Below are positions 20,574-31,184 of a stretch of 64,000 nt of DNA, piece after piece. The translations under genes were made by a program, and so were the position numbers. The notes under the pieces are model-generated. The model was not told the origin of the DNA. It did no database searches and was given only the letters and a program-made list of their open reading frames with translations. This stretch comes from an uncultured cyanobacterium (GTDB lineage: Bacteria > Cyanobacteriota > Cyanobacteriia > Cyanobacteriales > Nostocaceae): the NCBI GenBank assembly GCA_963740315.1, contig CAVUDP010000002.1, positions 1,024,001 through 1,088,000 on the forward strand, in the 5' to 3' direction. Each line of letters opens with the position of its first letter. Position 1 is the stretch's first letter.

Positions 20574-21125
20574 TTACTTCTTACCACCTTTACCAGCTTT
20601 ACCAGCTTTACGTCTGACAACTTCGTTCTCATAGCGAACACCTTTACCTTTATAAGGCTCCGGTGGACGAACGGCGCGAATTTGAGCAGTTGTATTACCA
20701 ACTACTTCTTTGTCGTAACCGCTGACTACGATCGCAAGTCCTTTTTCTTCAACCGCGAATTGAATCCCATCTGGTGGAGCAATCTCTACCGGATGGCTGT
20801 ATCCAACACTCAGAACTAGATCGCGACCTTTGAGTTGCGCTCGATAACCAACCCCTTGGAGTTGCAACTTACGTTGGAATCCTTGAGAAACGCCCTCAAC
20901 CATGTTGGAAACCAAACTACGGCTCAAGCCGTGCATTTGACGGCACACTCTCGAATCATCTTGACGCGCTACCGTTATGATGTCTCCTTCTTGAGAAATG
21001 CTGACTTCACTTGGAAGTTCGCGAGACAGTTCGCCTTTAGGACCTTTTACAGATACTTTGGCTCCGTCAATTGTTACTTGTACTTTATTAGGTACTGCGA
21101 TCGGCTGTTTACCAATTCTAGACAT
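20574..21125 (-). CDS. rplF: 50S ribosomal protein L6
   Basis: MSRIGK...PEPYKGKG. Confidence 0.98.
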   Translation of the reverse strand: MSRIGKQPIAVPNKVQVTIDGAKVSVKGPKGELSRELPSEVSISQEGDIITVARQDDSRVCRQMHGLSRSLVSNMVEGVSQGFQRKLQLQGVGYRAQLKGRDLVLSVGYSHPVEIAPPDGIQFAVEEKGLAIVVSGYDKEVVGNTTAQIRAVRPPEPYKGKGVRYENEVVRRKAGKAGKGGKK

Positions 21126-21256
21126 GGTTCTTTGTCCTTAAATGTCCCAATTTTGGATTTTGGATCGAGGAAATTATAAGCACTACTAGAAATAAAAACT
21201 TATTTCTAAGTAGGGAATCTAAAGAAATCTATTATCTAAAATCCAAAATTTACTGA

Positions 21257-21655
21257 TTACCAAACGTGGCAAAGTACTTCGCCGCCTACATTTTGTTGGC
21301 GTGCTTGTCGATCGGTCATGATCCCGGAGGATGTAGATATTATGGCGATGCCAATACCGCCTAATACCCTTGGTAAATCCTTCTTGTTAGAGTAAACTCG
21401 CAAACCCGGTCTACTTACCCGCTTGAGGGTAGTAATGATTGGTTGACGATTTTTCTTGTATTTTAGAGAGATTACCAAATGACTCCTAATTCCTTCTCCG
21501 GCTGTTTCAAAATCATTGATAAAGCCTTCTTCCCGTAGTACCTTAGCTATACTATGGGTCATTTTCGTTGCTGGCACTTGTGTTGTTTGATGCCGAGCCA
21601 AATTGGCGTTGCGGATGCGCGTCAGCATATCTGCAATTGTGTCGTTTGCCGCCAT
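21257..21655 (-). CDS. rpsH: 30S ribosomal protein S8
   Basis: [21 protein letters not shown]. Confidence 0.98.
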   Translation of the reverse strand: MAANDTIADMLTRIRNANLARHQTTQVPATKMTHSIAKVLREEGFINDFETAGEGIRSHLVISLKYKKNRQPIITTLKRVSRPGLRVYSNKKDLPRVLGGIGIAIISTSSGIMTDRQARQQNVGGEVLCHVW

Positions 21656-21676
21656 CATTTCCTCTATTAAATGAAC

Positions 21677-22222
21677 TTATTGCTCCCGAAAGGGCATTCC
21701 CATTTCTTTTAGTAAAGCGCGACCTTCTTCATCATCTTTAGCTGTTGTAATGATGGAGATGTCCATACCGCGAATCTGGTCAACTTGGTCGTATTCGACC
21801 TCTGGAAAAATTAATTGTTCTCTGACTCCCAGAGTATAATTTCCCCGACCATCAAAGCTTTTTGGACTGATACCGCGAAAGTCGCGAATTCTAGGCAATG
21901 ACAAATTAATCAGGCGATCGAGAAAGTTGTACATTTTACCGCTTCTAAGAGTGACCATCACTCCTACAGGCATACCTTCCCGAATTTTGAATCCTGCGAT
22001 TGCCTTTTTTGCCCGCGTCACTACCGGCTTTTGTCCGGTAATCAGCGCAATTTCGCTTAAAGATGCTTCTAATGCCTTTGCATTTTGAGAAGCTTCCCCC
22101 AATCCTCGGTTAATAGTTACTTTTATAACCTTGGGAACCTGATGAATATTTGAATATTCAAATTGTTTCATCAAATTGGGGACAATAGTTTCGAGATATT
22201 TACTTTTTAATCCTACTGCCAT
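21677..22222 (-). CDS. rplE: 50S ribosomal protein L5
   Basis: [16 protein letters not shown]. Confidence 0.98.
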   Translation of the reverse strand: MAVGLKSKYLETIVPNLMKQFEYSNIHQVPKVIKVTINRGLGEASQNAKALEASLSEIALITGQKPVVTRAKKAIAGFKIREGMPVGVMVTLRSGKMYNFLDRLINLSLPRIRDFRGISPKSFDGRGNYTLGVREQLIFPEVEYDQVDQIRGMDISIITTAKDDEEGRALLKEMGMPFREQ

Positions 22223-22352
22223 TTTTTCTCCTAATCCCTGGGCTTGGTCAGGGAATAAATTTGTTAAGAATAAGAAAGGTCTGCATGTTGAAGGTCAAAG
22301 GTTAAAATTATACTAAACTCTAAACTCCTAACTCATAACTCCTAACTCTTAA

Positions 22353-22706
22353 CTATTTGTCTAACGTTTCCCCAGTTTTTTTCAACATACGGACTTTTTT
22401 ACCTTCTTGGGTAAAGGTGTAACATACGCGAGAAGCTACGTTTTCCTTGGTGGAATAAAGCATGACGTTGGAACTGTGAATGGGAAATTCCTGGGTAACA
22501 ATTCTTCCAGATTCACCTTCCTGCTGCGGCTTCACGTGCTTAGTTTTTATATTTACACCCTTGATAATAACTTTACTATCTTTAGGAATTGCCTGAACAA
22601 TTTCACCGACTTTGCCTTTGTCTTTTCCTGAAATTACCTGTACGGTATCTCCAGTTTTGACGTGCATTTTATGAAATTGGGTTTTCGTTTTTTTCTTAAC
22701 TGCCAT
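22353..22706 (-). CDS. rplX: 50S ribosomal protein L24
   Basis: [14 protein letters not shown] (KOW), IHSSNV. Confidence 0.98.
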   Translation of the reverse strand: MAVKKKTKTQFHKMHVKTGDTVQVISGKDKGKVGEIVQAIPKDSKVIIKGVNIKTKHVKPQQEGESGRIVTQEFPIHSSNVMLYSTKENVASRVCYTFTQEGKKVRMLKKTGETLDK

Positions 22707-23074
22707 TACAGTACCTCCGGTGCCAGAGAAACTATTTTAGTAAAGTTTTTCTCGCGCAATTCCCGCGCTACGGGACCAAATACCCGCGTTCCTCTGGGAT
22801 TTCCATCTTGGTTGATTATGACTGCGGCATTGTCATCAAAGCGGATAGTCATGCCACTGTCACGATTTACGCCTTTTCTAGTACGGACGATTACAGCCTG
22901 AACCACATCAGACTTTTTGATCGCCATATTTGGTTGGGCATCTTTGACTACAGCGATTATTCGATCGCCAATGCTGCCATAGCTACGGTTTCCAGCACCC
23001 AGAACGCGGATGCACATTAATTTACGGGCACCGCTGTTATCTGCAACATTAAGGTAAGACTGGGCTTGTATCAC
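22706..23074 (-). CDS. rplN: 50S ribosomal protein L14
   Basis: VADNSGAR...SLAPEVL. Confidence 0.98.
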   Translation of the reverse strand: MIQAQSYLNVADNSGARKLMCIRVLGAGNRSYGSIGDRIIAVVKDAQPNMAIKKSDVVQAVIVRTRKGVNRDSGMTIRFDDNAAVIINQDGNPRGTRVFGPVARELREKNFTKIVSLAPEVL

Positions 23075-23122
23075 GATTTTTCTCCGTTATAAAGTTGCTA
23101 GCTATGTAACAACCGCTAATTA

Positions 23123-23371
23123 CTAGTTATTCCTACTATTAAGGACTTCCTTAACTTGCCAGCGTTTGGTCTTACTCAGGGGTCTGGTTTCCTGAATCCG
23201 AACGCGATCGCCTTCTTTGCAATTATTTTCTTCGTCGTGAACTTTGTAGCGTTTAGTTGTGACTACAATTTTGCCGTATTTTTGATGGCTTGTCCGGCTT
23301 TCTATGGCGACTACCACTGTTTTTTGCATTTTGTCGCTGACAACCAAACCAACTCTTTCTTTAATAGCCAT
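23123..23371 (-). CDS. rpsQ: 30S ribosomal protein S17
   Basis: [17 protein letters not shown]. Confidence 0.98.
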   Translation of the reverse strand: MAIKERVGLVVSDKMQKTVVVAIESRTSHQKYGKIVVTTKRYKVHDEENNCKEGDRVRIQETRPLSKTKRWQVKEVLNSRNN

Positions 23372-23419
23372 AATTCACTAAATTCATGTTTTTTACTAGT
23401 ATTAGCTATAAATTATTAT

Positions 23420-23641
23420 TTACTCCGAATCTTGAGAAGTTGTAGCGCGTTTGCGTTCACCTTCTACTGTCATTAATTGAGCTAAACGGTGACGTTCGTG
23501 TTTAAACTGTGCGGGTTTCTCTAATTGTCGAGTTGCTTGTTGCAAGCGCAAGTCAAACAATCGCTTTTTAGTAGCAGTAATTTCTTGCGCTAATTGCTCG
23601 TCGCTCAAATCTCTTGCTTCTGAAATTTTAGGAAAAGGCAT
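23420..23641 (-). CDS. rpmC: 50S ribosomal protein L29
   Basis: [10 protein letters not shown]; operon position. Confidence 0.95.
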   Translation of the reverse strand: MPFPKISEARDLSDEQLAQEITATKKRLFDLRLQQATRQLEKPAQFKHERHRLAQLMTVEGERKRATTSQDSE

Positions 23642-23644
23642 AAT

Positions 23645-24070
23645 TTATGAAGAAGGCTCCTGTTCTTCGCGGGCAATAAACTTAGTTTTAATTGGTAGCT
23701 TGTGTGATGCCAAACGCATTGCTTCGCGAGCAGTTTCTTCAGTTACACCAGCAATTTCAAACAAAATTCTTCCTGGCTTAACTACAGCTACCCAATATTC
23801 TGGATTACCTTTACCAGAACCCATTCGGGTTTCTGCGGGACGCATTGTTACTGGCTTGTCAGGAAATACTCGAATCCAGATTTTACCGCCCCTACGAATG
23901 TAACGAGTCATGGCTCGTCGGGAAGCTTCGATTTGACGAGAGGTAATCCAAGATGGTTCTTGAGCCTGGAGAGCAAAATCACCAAAGTTGAGATTGCTAC
24001 CTCGCGTTGCTAACCCTTTCATCCGCCCGCGATGTTGTTTGCGGAATTTAGTTCTTTTAGGACTTAACAT
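23645..24070 (-). CDS. rplP: 50S ribosomal protein L16
   Basis: [15 protein letters not shown]. Confidence 0.98.
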   Translation of the reverse strand: MLSPKRTKFRKQHRGRMKGLATRGSNLNFGDFALQAQEPSWITSRQIEASRRAMTRYIRRGGKIWIRVFPDKPVTMRPAETRMGSGKGNPEYWVAVVKPGRILFEIAGVTEETAREAMRLASHKLPIKTKFIAREEQEPSS

Positions 24071-24072
24071 TT

Positions 24073-24176
24073 TTAGTTGTTAGTTGTTAGTAGATAGTTG
24101 TTAGTAGATAGTTGTTAGTAGATAGTTGTTAGCTCTTATAACTAATAATCAATAACTAATAACTAATAATTAACAA
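24073..24176. repeat. Heptamer short tandem repeats (STRR), in inverted arrangement
   Basis: (TAGTTGT/TAGTAGA)n followed by (AACTAAT)n. Confidence 0.8.
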
Positions 24177-24935
24177 CTAATTCTCATTTGAACGGTCTTC
24201 AAAAGAAGGACGACGACGGTTTTGATTTTGGCGGCGACGAGGTTCGCGTTCGTTTCTAGGGTTAGAAGTTGATGGTTCTTCTTCTCCGGGAATAACCTCT
24301 CCTTTGAATACCCAAACTTTGATGCCAAGGATACCGTAAATGGTTTTAGCGGTAACGTAAGCGTAATCAATATTAGCTCTTAGGGTATGTAAGGGAACTC
24401 TACCCTCACGAGTCCACTCTGTACGAGCAATTTCCGCACCGTTCAAGCGTCCGCTAACTTGAATTTTGATACCCTGTACTCCCGCACGTTGCGCTCGCTG
24501 AATCGCTTGGCGCACTACTCTACGGAAAGAAACCCGGCGTTCAAGTTGTTGGGCTATGTATTCGCCAATCAAAAAGGCATCAGCATCAACGCGCTGTACT
24601 TCAACAACGTTGATCCGAATCTGACGATTACCGCCTAATGCCTGTTGCAGTCCGGTACGTAAAGCTTCAATACCTTGTCCGCCTCGACCTACTACTACAC
24701 CAGGTCTTGCAGTACGTACTTCTAGATCGATCTGGTCTGCTTTACGCTCGATCTTAACTTCAGAAATTCCAGCATTATTTTGAGCATTTCTACCCAACTT
24801 ATTCTCTATATACTGGCGAAGTTTGTAGTCTTCTTGAAGTAATTCTGGATATCGAGAAGGATCTGCGAACCAACGAGATTGATGTTCTTTTGTAATTCCA
24901 AGGCGAAATCCGATTGGATTAATCTTTTGTCCCAC
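24177..24935 (-). CDS. rpsC: 30S ribosomal protein S3
   Basis: [23 protein letters not shown]. Confidence 0.98.
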   Translation of the reverse strand: MGQKINPIGFRLGITKEHQSRWFADPSRYPELLQEDYKLRQYIENKLGRNAQNNAGISEVKIERKADQIDLEVRTARPGVVVGRGGQGIEALRTGLQQALGGNRQIRINVVEVQRVDADAFLIGEYIAQQLERRVSFRRVVRQAIQRAQRAGVQGIKIQVSGRLNGAEIARTEWTREGRVPLHTLRANIDYAYVTAKTIYGILGIKVWVFKGEVIPGEEEPSTSNPRNEREPRRRQNQNRRRPSFEDRSNEN

Positions 24936-25003
24936 TTACGATCTCCTCTAAATTTTATTAGCACTCTCCGCAAGGCAATGACTTTTATGACTGAGTGCCG
25001 TCT

Positions 25004-25363
25004 TTACTCCATTGCTGGGTCAGCAGCCACTGCAACGGTTATATGACACGTGGGTTTGCGAATTTGATAAGCACGACCTTGCGCTCTGGGCTGATAACGC
25101 TTGAATACCGGACCTTGGTCTGCAAATGCGGTAGAAACTATTAGAGAAGCTCGATCTATTCCCTCATTGTGTTCCGCATTAGCAGCAGCACTTCTAAGAA
25201 CTTTTAACACTGGATCGCAAGCTCTATAAGGCATGAATTCTAAAATTATCAGTGCTTCCCGATAGGAACGTCCCCTAATTTGGTCAAGTACGCGACGTAC
25301 TTTAAAGGGCGACATACGTATATATCGAGCAATAGCTTTCACTTCTTTGGTATCAGTAGCCAT
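25004..25363 (-). CDS. rplV: 50S ribosomal protein L22
   Basis: [15 protein letters not shown]. Confidence 0.98.
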   Translation of the reverse strand: MATDTKEVKAIARYIRMSPFKVRRVLDQIRGRSYREALIILEFMPYRACDPVLKVLRSAAANAEHNEGIDRASLIVSTAFADQGPVFKRYQPRAQGRAYQIRKPTCHITVAVAADPAME

Positions 25364-25416
25364 AATTTATCTCACCGAATCACTAATTACATAAACAATG
25401 TTTTTAGCAATATCGG

Positions 25417-25692
25417 TTATCTTCCTCCTTTTCTATCTCTAGAGTGACCTCTATAAGTACGAGTAGGAGCGAATTCTCCTAATTTATGACCTACCATTTG
25501 GTCGCTAACAAAAACTGGAACGTGCTGTCTGCCGTTATGAACCGCGATGGTATGACCAACCATCAAGGGCAAAATAGTAGAAGCTCTCGACCAAGTTTTG
25601 ATAACTTCTTTTTTATTGGTTTCGTTGAGCTTATCGATTTTTTTGAGTAGATGGTCCGCTACAAAAGGACCTTTTTTAAGAGAACGACCCAT
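25417..25692 (-). CDS. rpsS: 30S ribosomal protein S19
   Basis: [19 protein letters not shown]. Confidence 0.98.
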   Translation of the reverse strand: MGRSLKKGPFVADHLLKKIDKLNETNKKEVIKTWSRASTILPLMVGHTIAVHNGRQHVPVFVSDQMVGHKLGEFAPTRTYRGHSRDRKGGR

Positions 25693-25899
25693 AGGACAAT
25701 TTTGGATTTTGGATTTTACATTAGGACTAAAATAAGGAAAATGCGATCGTAGTCATTGCGACAAAGGAAGCAATTTCAAATCGCTAGACCTAACTAGTCC
25801 GTAATTTCTCTAAATAAATTAAGGATTTTGAAATTTTGAAATTTAGATTAGTCACAATTTATCTTCCAATCTAAAATCCAAAATCTAAAATCCAAAATT

Positions 25900-26763
25900 C
25901 TAGGACGACCGACCGCCACGTCCGCGTTTTCCGGACTTACGACGACGGCGAACAATTAATTTGCTGCTTGCTTTTTTGGGCTTACGAGTTTTCTTACCTA
26001 AAGTCGGTTTACCCCAAGGAGTTACAGGACCGCTACGACCAATTGGAGCGCGTCCTTCACCACCACCGTGGGGGTGGTCGCAAGGGTTCATTACACTACC
26101 TCTAACCTTGGGACGGCGACCTTTCCAACGATTGCGACCTGCTTTACCCAAGCTTTGGTTTCTGGCTTCAATGTTACCTACTTGCCCGATGGTAGCGTAG
26201 CATTCGCGCCGAATCATGCGGACTTCTCCGGAAGGCAATTTCAAAGTAACGTAGTTACCATCTTTCGCCATTACTTGAGCATTTGCACCAGCCGAACGTA
26301 CTATTTGACCGCCTTTACCAGCAATCAATTCTACGTTGTGAACGCTAGTACCCAAGGGCATATTTGATAAAGGTAAGGCGTTACCGTTTTCGATTGGGGA
26401 ATCCGGACCGGCGATTATTTGAGTGCCGACTTTTACGCCGTGGGGATGCAAGATATAACGCTTTTCGCCATCTTCATAAATCACCAGTGCGATTCTTGCA
26501 TTCCGGTTGGGATCGTATTCGACCGCTTCAACCGTTGCGGGCATACCGCGCTTATCCCTTTTAAAATCGATAATCCGATAAATACGTTTATGTCCGCCAC
26601 CCCGGCGACGACTGGTAATTACACCGCGATTATTTCGACCTTTAGCCCGATGAATATGTTCGGTTAAGGATTTTTCCGGCTTAGATTTTGTAATTTCCGC
26701 AAAGTCCGAAGTTTCCGCTTGACGGTTACTGGGGGTGTAGGGACGAAATGAACGAATACCCAT
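25900..26763 (-). CDS. rplB: 50S ribosomal protein L2
   Basis: [15 protein letters not shown]; start set at ATG 26763, since the upstream extension is repeat-derived. Confidence 0.98.
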   Translation of the reverse strand: MGIRSFRPYTPSNRQAETSDFAEITKSKPEKSLTEHIHRAKGRNNRGVITSRRRGGGHKRIYRIIDFKRDKRGMPATVEAVEYDPNRNARIALVIYEDGEKRYILHPHGVKVGTQIIAGPDSPIENGNALPLSNMPLGTSVHNVELIAGKGGQIVRSAGANAQVMAKDGNYVTLKLPSGEVRMIRRECYATIGQVGNIEARNQSLGKAGRNRWKGRRPKVRGSVMNPCDHPHGGGEGRAPIGRSGPVTPWGKPTLGKKTRKPKKASSKLIVRRRRKSGKRGRGGRSS

Positions 26764-26792
26764 AGTTTTAAACTTATGAAGGAAAATATTTT

Positions 26793-26865
26793 GGGGATGG
26801 GGAGAGGAGGGGATGAGCAGAGGGGGGGAGATGGGGAGAGGGGGAGATGGGGAGATGGGGAGAAG
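26793..26865. repeat. GGGGAGA(T/G) octamer tandem repeat
   Basis: Same family at ~37465-37510, ~43913-43945 and ~45345-45395. Confidence 0.8.
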
Positions 26866-26958
26866 AGTAAAAATAACTCCGGTAGTCCTCACTCCCAACC
26901 AACCTTCAATATCCAGACTTTTAACCTTTGACCTTTAACCTCTAACCTCTAACCTGAT

Positions 26959-27273
26959 TTACACGTCTGGGAATAGAGCCTGACGAATTTTGTCTTCATC
27001 CCCCGATGCTACGGTGACAATCGCTCGTTTGTATTGAGGTTTGAATCCGATAAATCTACCGACTCGCTTCTTTTTCCGAGGTTGGACTGCGGTATTTACT
27101 TTTGAAATTTTGACATCAAATAAATCTTCAATTGCTGCTTTTATTTGATCTTTATTCGCTTTTAGCGATACTTCAAAAGTATATTTATTCTGCTCCATCT
27201 GGATTGTCGCCTTTTCAGTAACAATCGGACGACGCACTAAGTCTGGAAGATTTCGGGGGTCAAATTTAGCCAT
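26959..27273 (-). CDS. rplW: 50S ribosomal protein L23
   Basis: PIVTEKA, YKRAIVT. Confidence 0.97.
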   Translation of the reverse strand: MAKFDPRNLPDLVRRPIVTEKATIQMEQNKYTFEVSLKANKDQIKAAIEDLFDVKISKVNTAVQPRKKKRVGRFIGFKPQYKRAIVTVASGDEDKIRQALFPDV

Positions 27274-27901
27274 TACTGTAGACCTCCTGAACTTTATCTA
27301 ATGCTGATGCACTGACCACGATTTTGTCTGCGTGTAACAAATCGAAAACGTTGAGTTGGTCGGCTGCAATCAGCTTGACATTTTCTATATTGCGGGCTGA
27401 CAAATATACGTTTTCCGAACGTTCGGACAAAATTAATAAAGTCTTTTGTTCGGGTTGAGAACCCCAGCGCGAAATAGCTTCTACTAAATCCTTGCTTTTC
27501 GGACGCTGTAATTGTTCGATGAATTCTTCAACCACAATTATGTCCGAGGCACGACTAACTAAAGCTGTCCGTAAAGCCAAACGACGCTCTTTACGGTTCA
27601 TATTCAAGTTATATTCTTTGGGTTTTGGTCCAAAGATTACACCACCACCACGCCACAGCGGCGAACGAGTAGAACCTGCACGGGCGCGTCCCGTTCCTTT
27701 TTGTCGCCACGGTTTGCGACCACCACCTCTAACTTCGGCACGGGTTTTAGTACTAGCGTTTCCTTGGCGAGCATTAGTCATTTGTCGAACCAAGGCTCTA
27801 TGCACGATATGAGAAGCCGTTTCTTCCTTGGCAACTTTTAAATCCAAGGTTTTCTGTCCGACTTCTTCTCCCTGCCAGTTTTTAACTGTACAATCTACCA
27901 T
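27266..27901 (-). CDS. rplD: 50S ribosomal protein L4
   Basis: [15 protein letters not shown]. Confidence 0.98.
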   Translation of the reverse strand: MVDCTVKNWQGEEVGQKTLDLKVAKEETASHIVHRALVRQMTNARQGNASTKTRAEVRGGGRKPWRQKGTGRARAGSTRSPLWRGGGVIFGPKPKEYNLNMNRKERRLALRTALVSRASDIIVVEEFIEQLQRPKSKDLVEAISRWGSQPEQKTLLILSERSENVYLSARNIENVKLIAADQLNVFDLLHADKIVVSASALDKVQEVYSNG

Positions 27902-28015
27902 TTTTGAGTCCTTTTTACGTTAGTCATTTGCCATTCGATTTTGGATTTTAGATTTTGGATTTTGAATCAGAAACCAAATCTAAAAGAACTTATAAAGTCA
28001 GTCAAAGACAAATGA

Positions 28016-28648
28016 CTATTTCACCTCTTTCGCGGGCACGATATTAACTAATGCTCCTGGTTTGCCAGGAATAGCTCCCTTAATTAGCAATAAATTACGT
28101 TCGGCATCGACTCGCACGATTGTTAGCTTGCGAACCGTTACGCGCTTACCTCCCAAACGTCCTGCCATCTTCTTACCGGGATAAACACGACCGGGAGTAG
28201 TACCAGCACCGATGGAACCCGGTTCTCTATGGTTTTTAGAACCGTGAGACATCGGACCTCTACGGAAGTTATTACGCTTCTGGTTCCCAGCGAAACCGCG
28301 ACCAATACTCGTACCGATTATGTCTACTAGCTGACCTGCATCAAAAATATCAGCACTAATTTGCTGACCCAAAGAATAATCTTCTGTACCAGCGGCGCGA
28401 TATTCTTCTAAATGCCGTGAAGGAGGAGCAGATGATTTTGCTAAATGCCCCAACTTCGGCTTATTTAATGCTTTAGGCTTTACTTCACCATATGCTAATT
28501 GAATGGCGGAGTAACCGTCGGTCTGCTGTGTTTTGATTTGGGTTATGGTGCATGGTCCGGCTTGAACAACGGTAACGGGAATCGCCGTTCCCGCATCGTC
28601 AAAAACCTGAGTCATACCCACTTTGGTGCCGAGAATACCTACAGACAC
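28016..28648 (-). CDS. rplC: 50S ribosomal protein L3
   Basis: [30 protein letters not shown] start. Confidence 0.98.
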   Translation of the reverse strand: MSVGILGTKVGMTQVFDDAGTAIPVTVVQAGPCTITQIKTQQTDGYSAIQLAYGEVKPKALNKPKLGHLAKSSAPPSRHLEEYRAAGTEDYSLGQQISADIFDAGQLVDIIGTSIGRGFAGNQKRNNFRRGPMSHGSKNHREPGSIGAGTTPGRVYPGKKMAGRLGGKRVTVRKLTIVRVDAERNLLLIKGAIPGKPGALVNIVPAKEVK

Positions 28649-29267
28649 AGTTACAAGTCTCCTTTCTACAAGTTTTCCGCTTTATTGCGGAACTTTAGCT
28701 GTTGGAGGCAATAATGAAGTCACTTTTTAAGTAACTACCCGCCTTATTATCGAGAAACCTGAGAAGTCACAAATGACTCAGGTTAAGCCAATCTAACTTC
28801 TATCGCCGGTTTCTCGTTTTTTATTTTTTAAGTACGCCAATCAACCTACAAACTTCGATTTATTGACGCACTCAAAAGTACCTTCCTATAAGGAAGGAAT
28901 AAAAAAATTAAATGCAATGCTTAATAGCTTTGCGAGTGCAGCACTGCCTTATCCGAGCAATTGCTTTGGCACTTGTATTTTCACTTCGCTGGACTTAAGC
29001 AGACTAATCCGCTCAGTATCCTTTTTTCAAAGGTTGACGCTATACCGTCACCAACATTAGCAGTTTATTTAACACGAAAATCTTAAATAATTATTTAAGA
29101 TTTCACTCAAGCGTCCTAAGTTTACCTCAAGACTTATTAATTTACCACTCTCTTGCCAACTTTGACTAACTTATTTATATAGATTTTTTTAGAAAACCTC
29201 AAAAAAACTATTAGCCAAAAATCTTATTCTCAAAGCGGCGCTTTTTAAAATGCGGTCACAATCTATT

Positions 29268-29296
29268 ACTATAGAATATCTATTTTAGTTTGTCCA
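29268..29296 (-). promoter_or_regulatory. Probable sigma70 promoter of the ribosomal superoperon
   Basis: Minus strand TGGACA-N17-TATAGT with an A-rich upstream tract. Confidence 0.5.
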
Positions 29297-29432
29297 GATT
29301 TTTTTTTAATCAAAGTGAGGAGTTAGCAGTTAGAAGTCATGAATACAGAATTCTTCTGTGGTAACTGGTCACTGTTAATTGTTAACTGTTAATTGATAAT
29401 AGAATTATCGAAGCGGTATTTGAAAAAGGTCT

Positions 29433-29912
29433 ATGGCATTACTTACTAACGGTGGCGGTTTTATCCGCAAATTAGAAAAATGTGGCGCTCTTGGGGTATA
29501 CGTACCTTTAGAAGGCGGGTTTGAAGGTCGTTATCGTCGGCGATTGCGTGCTAAAGGCTACAATGCTTTGTGTATCAGCGGTAAGGGTTTGGGTGATGTG
29601 GCTGCTTATTTAACCGGAGTTCACGGTGTACGACCTCCACATCTTGGTAAAAAAAGTACTGGTAGCGGAGCGGCAGTAGGTTACGTATATTACGTACCGC
29701 CAATTATTAGTACTCAGTTAGACAACTTGCCGCCAAAATCAAAAGGGTTGGTATTGTGGATTATTGATGGGCATACTCTTGACGATCAAGAATTAGAGTA
29801 TTTGTCAAATTTACCCAAAATCGAACCAAGAGTGAAAGTTGTAATCGAAAGAGGTGGCGATCGCGCTTTCCGTTTTATGCCTTTAGAAGAAACTTTGGCT
29901 TACGCTAGCTAA
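29433..29912 (+). CDS. ndhN: NDH-1 complex subunit N
   Basis: VPLEGGFEGRYRRRLR, HGVRPPHLGK. Confidence 0.95.
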   Translation: MALLTNGGGFIRKLEKCGALGVYVPLEGGFEGRYRRRLRAKGYNALCISGKGLGDVAAYLTGVHGVRPPHLGKKSTGSGAAVGYVYYVPPIISTQLDNLPPKSKGLVLWIIDGHTLDDQELEYLSNLPKIEPRVKVVIERGGDRAFRFMPLEETLAYAS

Positions 29913-30210
29913 AGTTTAGGTATGGGGTATGGGGAATAGTTAGGACCACCGGAGTTAGGAGTAATCAGTAACCAGTAACCAGTAATCAGTTATCAGTTAC
30001 TAGTTAAAGTTTCTTCCCCCTCTACTCCCTCTTCCCCCTCTACCCCCTCTTCCTTGTTCCCCATCTCTTCTAATCGCCGATCGTTTTGTAATTTAACTGA
30101 AACATTATTTAAGAAGTACAAGACAATTAGACTAAATAATCGTCATACTGAAAGAGGGAGATATTATTTAACTGCTCTCTATTGTCCGAGGCGTGAAGTT
30201 AAAAAGGCGG

Positions 30211-30511
30211 ATGTCAACTAAGAGCGGTTTACCCCAAGCTTGTTGAAACCAACTTTGACAACGCAATAGTTGACTAGCCCGCTGAGCCTAATTCTGGTAC
30301 AAACTTACGAGTGTTTCCCTAGCCCGTATTATTTTTAAACTCCGTTGGTAGGAGTGCTTGCAGAAAGGACATCTTGGATTAGGTGGGCGAGGGGACACTC
30401 AACAGGTTTGCTAGTTCCTGGGATTATATCCATTTAAAAACTAGTATTCAAGCACAATTACAGGCTTGCATTCCTCTCCCAATAAATTCGTTGTCTCCTG
30501 CCAGAAATAAG
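30211..30511 (+). mobile_element. Non-autonomous IS200/605-like (IscB/IsrB-type) element carrying an omega-RNA but no nuclease ORF
   Basis: Starts (AT)GTCAAC; right end GCTTGCATTCCTCTCCC...GTCTCCTGC; ATG microhomology at both junctions; deletion restores AAAAAGGCGG-ATGAAACGT. Confidence 0.65.
30213..30432 (+). ncRNA. omega-RNA / HEARO-like scaffold
   Basis: Pairings GTCAACTA/TAGTTGAC, GCCCGCT/GGTGGGC, CCTAATTC/GGATTAGG, ACTCC/GGAGT and pseudoknot GTTTCCCT/AGGGGAC; motifs GTTGACTAGCCC, GGTACAAACTT, GGACATCTT, GGATTATATCCAT recalled from leaders of RRXRR/PLMP genes. Confidence 0.7.
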
Positions 30512-31057
30512 ATGAAACGTAAATATAATAATAATAGATCGGCTAATACCTCTCCAAGAGGTTCAAATCCTGTCTCCTCAGTATTTAATTTCACAACAAT
30601 TGCCATTCTGGGGGGCATATTTATTTTAGGTATTGGTATCGGTATCGCTTTTAGTTCTACAGCAACTTTTTCACCATCTAATGTAGCTTCTCGTGAATAT
30701 ATTGATACTAAAGCACCAAATCCAGAGGTTTGCGTGCAGTATGGAGCTAGTGCAATGGTGATGGATACTAGGTTATTTGTAACTCTTAACCCGTTCAATG
30801 TTTATGTTGGTCAACCTAGTATGCGCCCTGGATGCGTTTTACGTCAAAGTAACTGGGAGATTTTAACACAAAAAAATCTAGTTACATCAGAACAGGTAAG
30901 AGATTGCAAAAATCGCTTAAATACTTTTGGCTTTACAGGTAGATTAGATAGTAAAGAGCTTGATATTAAATGCATCTATCAAAATGATGCAGCGAAAAAC
31001 TTCTTTAATACCGAAGAAGGAGCAATCAACTTACCGGGAGAAACGGATCGATTCTAA
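30512..31057 (+). CDS. DUF3172-family membrane-anchored protein
   Basis: TM segment then CVQYGASAMVMD...PGCVLR..NW; start set at ATG 30512. Confidence 0.85.
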   Translation: MKRKYNNNRSANTSPRGSNPVSSVFNFTTIAILGGIFILGIGIGIAFSSTATFSPSNVASREYIDTKAPNPEVCVQYGASAMVMDTRLFVTLNPFNVYVGQPSMRPGCVLRQSNWEILTQKNLVTSEQVRDCKNRLNTFGFTGRLDSKELDIKCIYQNDAAKNFFNTEEGAINLPGETDRF

Positions 31058-31106
31058 AGAATCATTCTTTTTGTTTAACGCTGTTACCGAAAACCAAAAC
31101 TTAATT

Positions 31107-31148
31107 TAGAGACGCGATATGACCAAAAATCACATTATCGCGTCTCTA
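31107..31148. terminator. REP-like 13-bp inverted repeat between convergent genes (possible bidirectional terminator)
   Basis: TAGAGACGCGATA-N16-TATCGCGTCTCTA. Confidence 0.6.
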
Positions 31149-31184
31149 TTTATTTGTGCCAAAAATCTTCTTTAACCTTTGATT

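Noticed and set aside
26764..26898. 45-aa N-terminal extension of L2
   Set aside because: It is encoded by the CCCCATCT repeat tract; the canonical start is at 26763
11314..28648. Absence of rpsJ, rpsN, rpmD and rpsD from the superoperon
   Set aside because: This is the normal cyanobacterial arrangement
30383..30511. N-terminal extension of DUF3172 as the true start
   Set aside because: It lies inside the inserted element; ATG 30512 (MKRK) fits the reconstructed empty site
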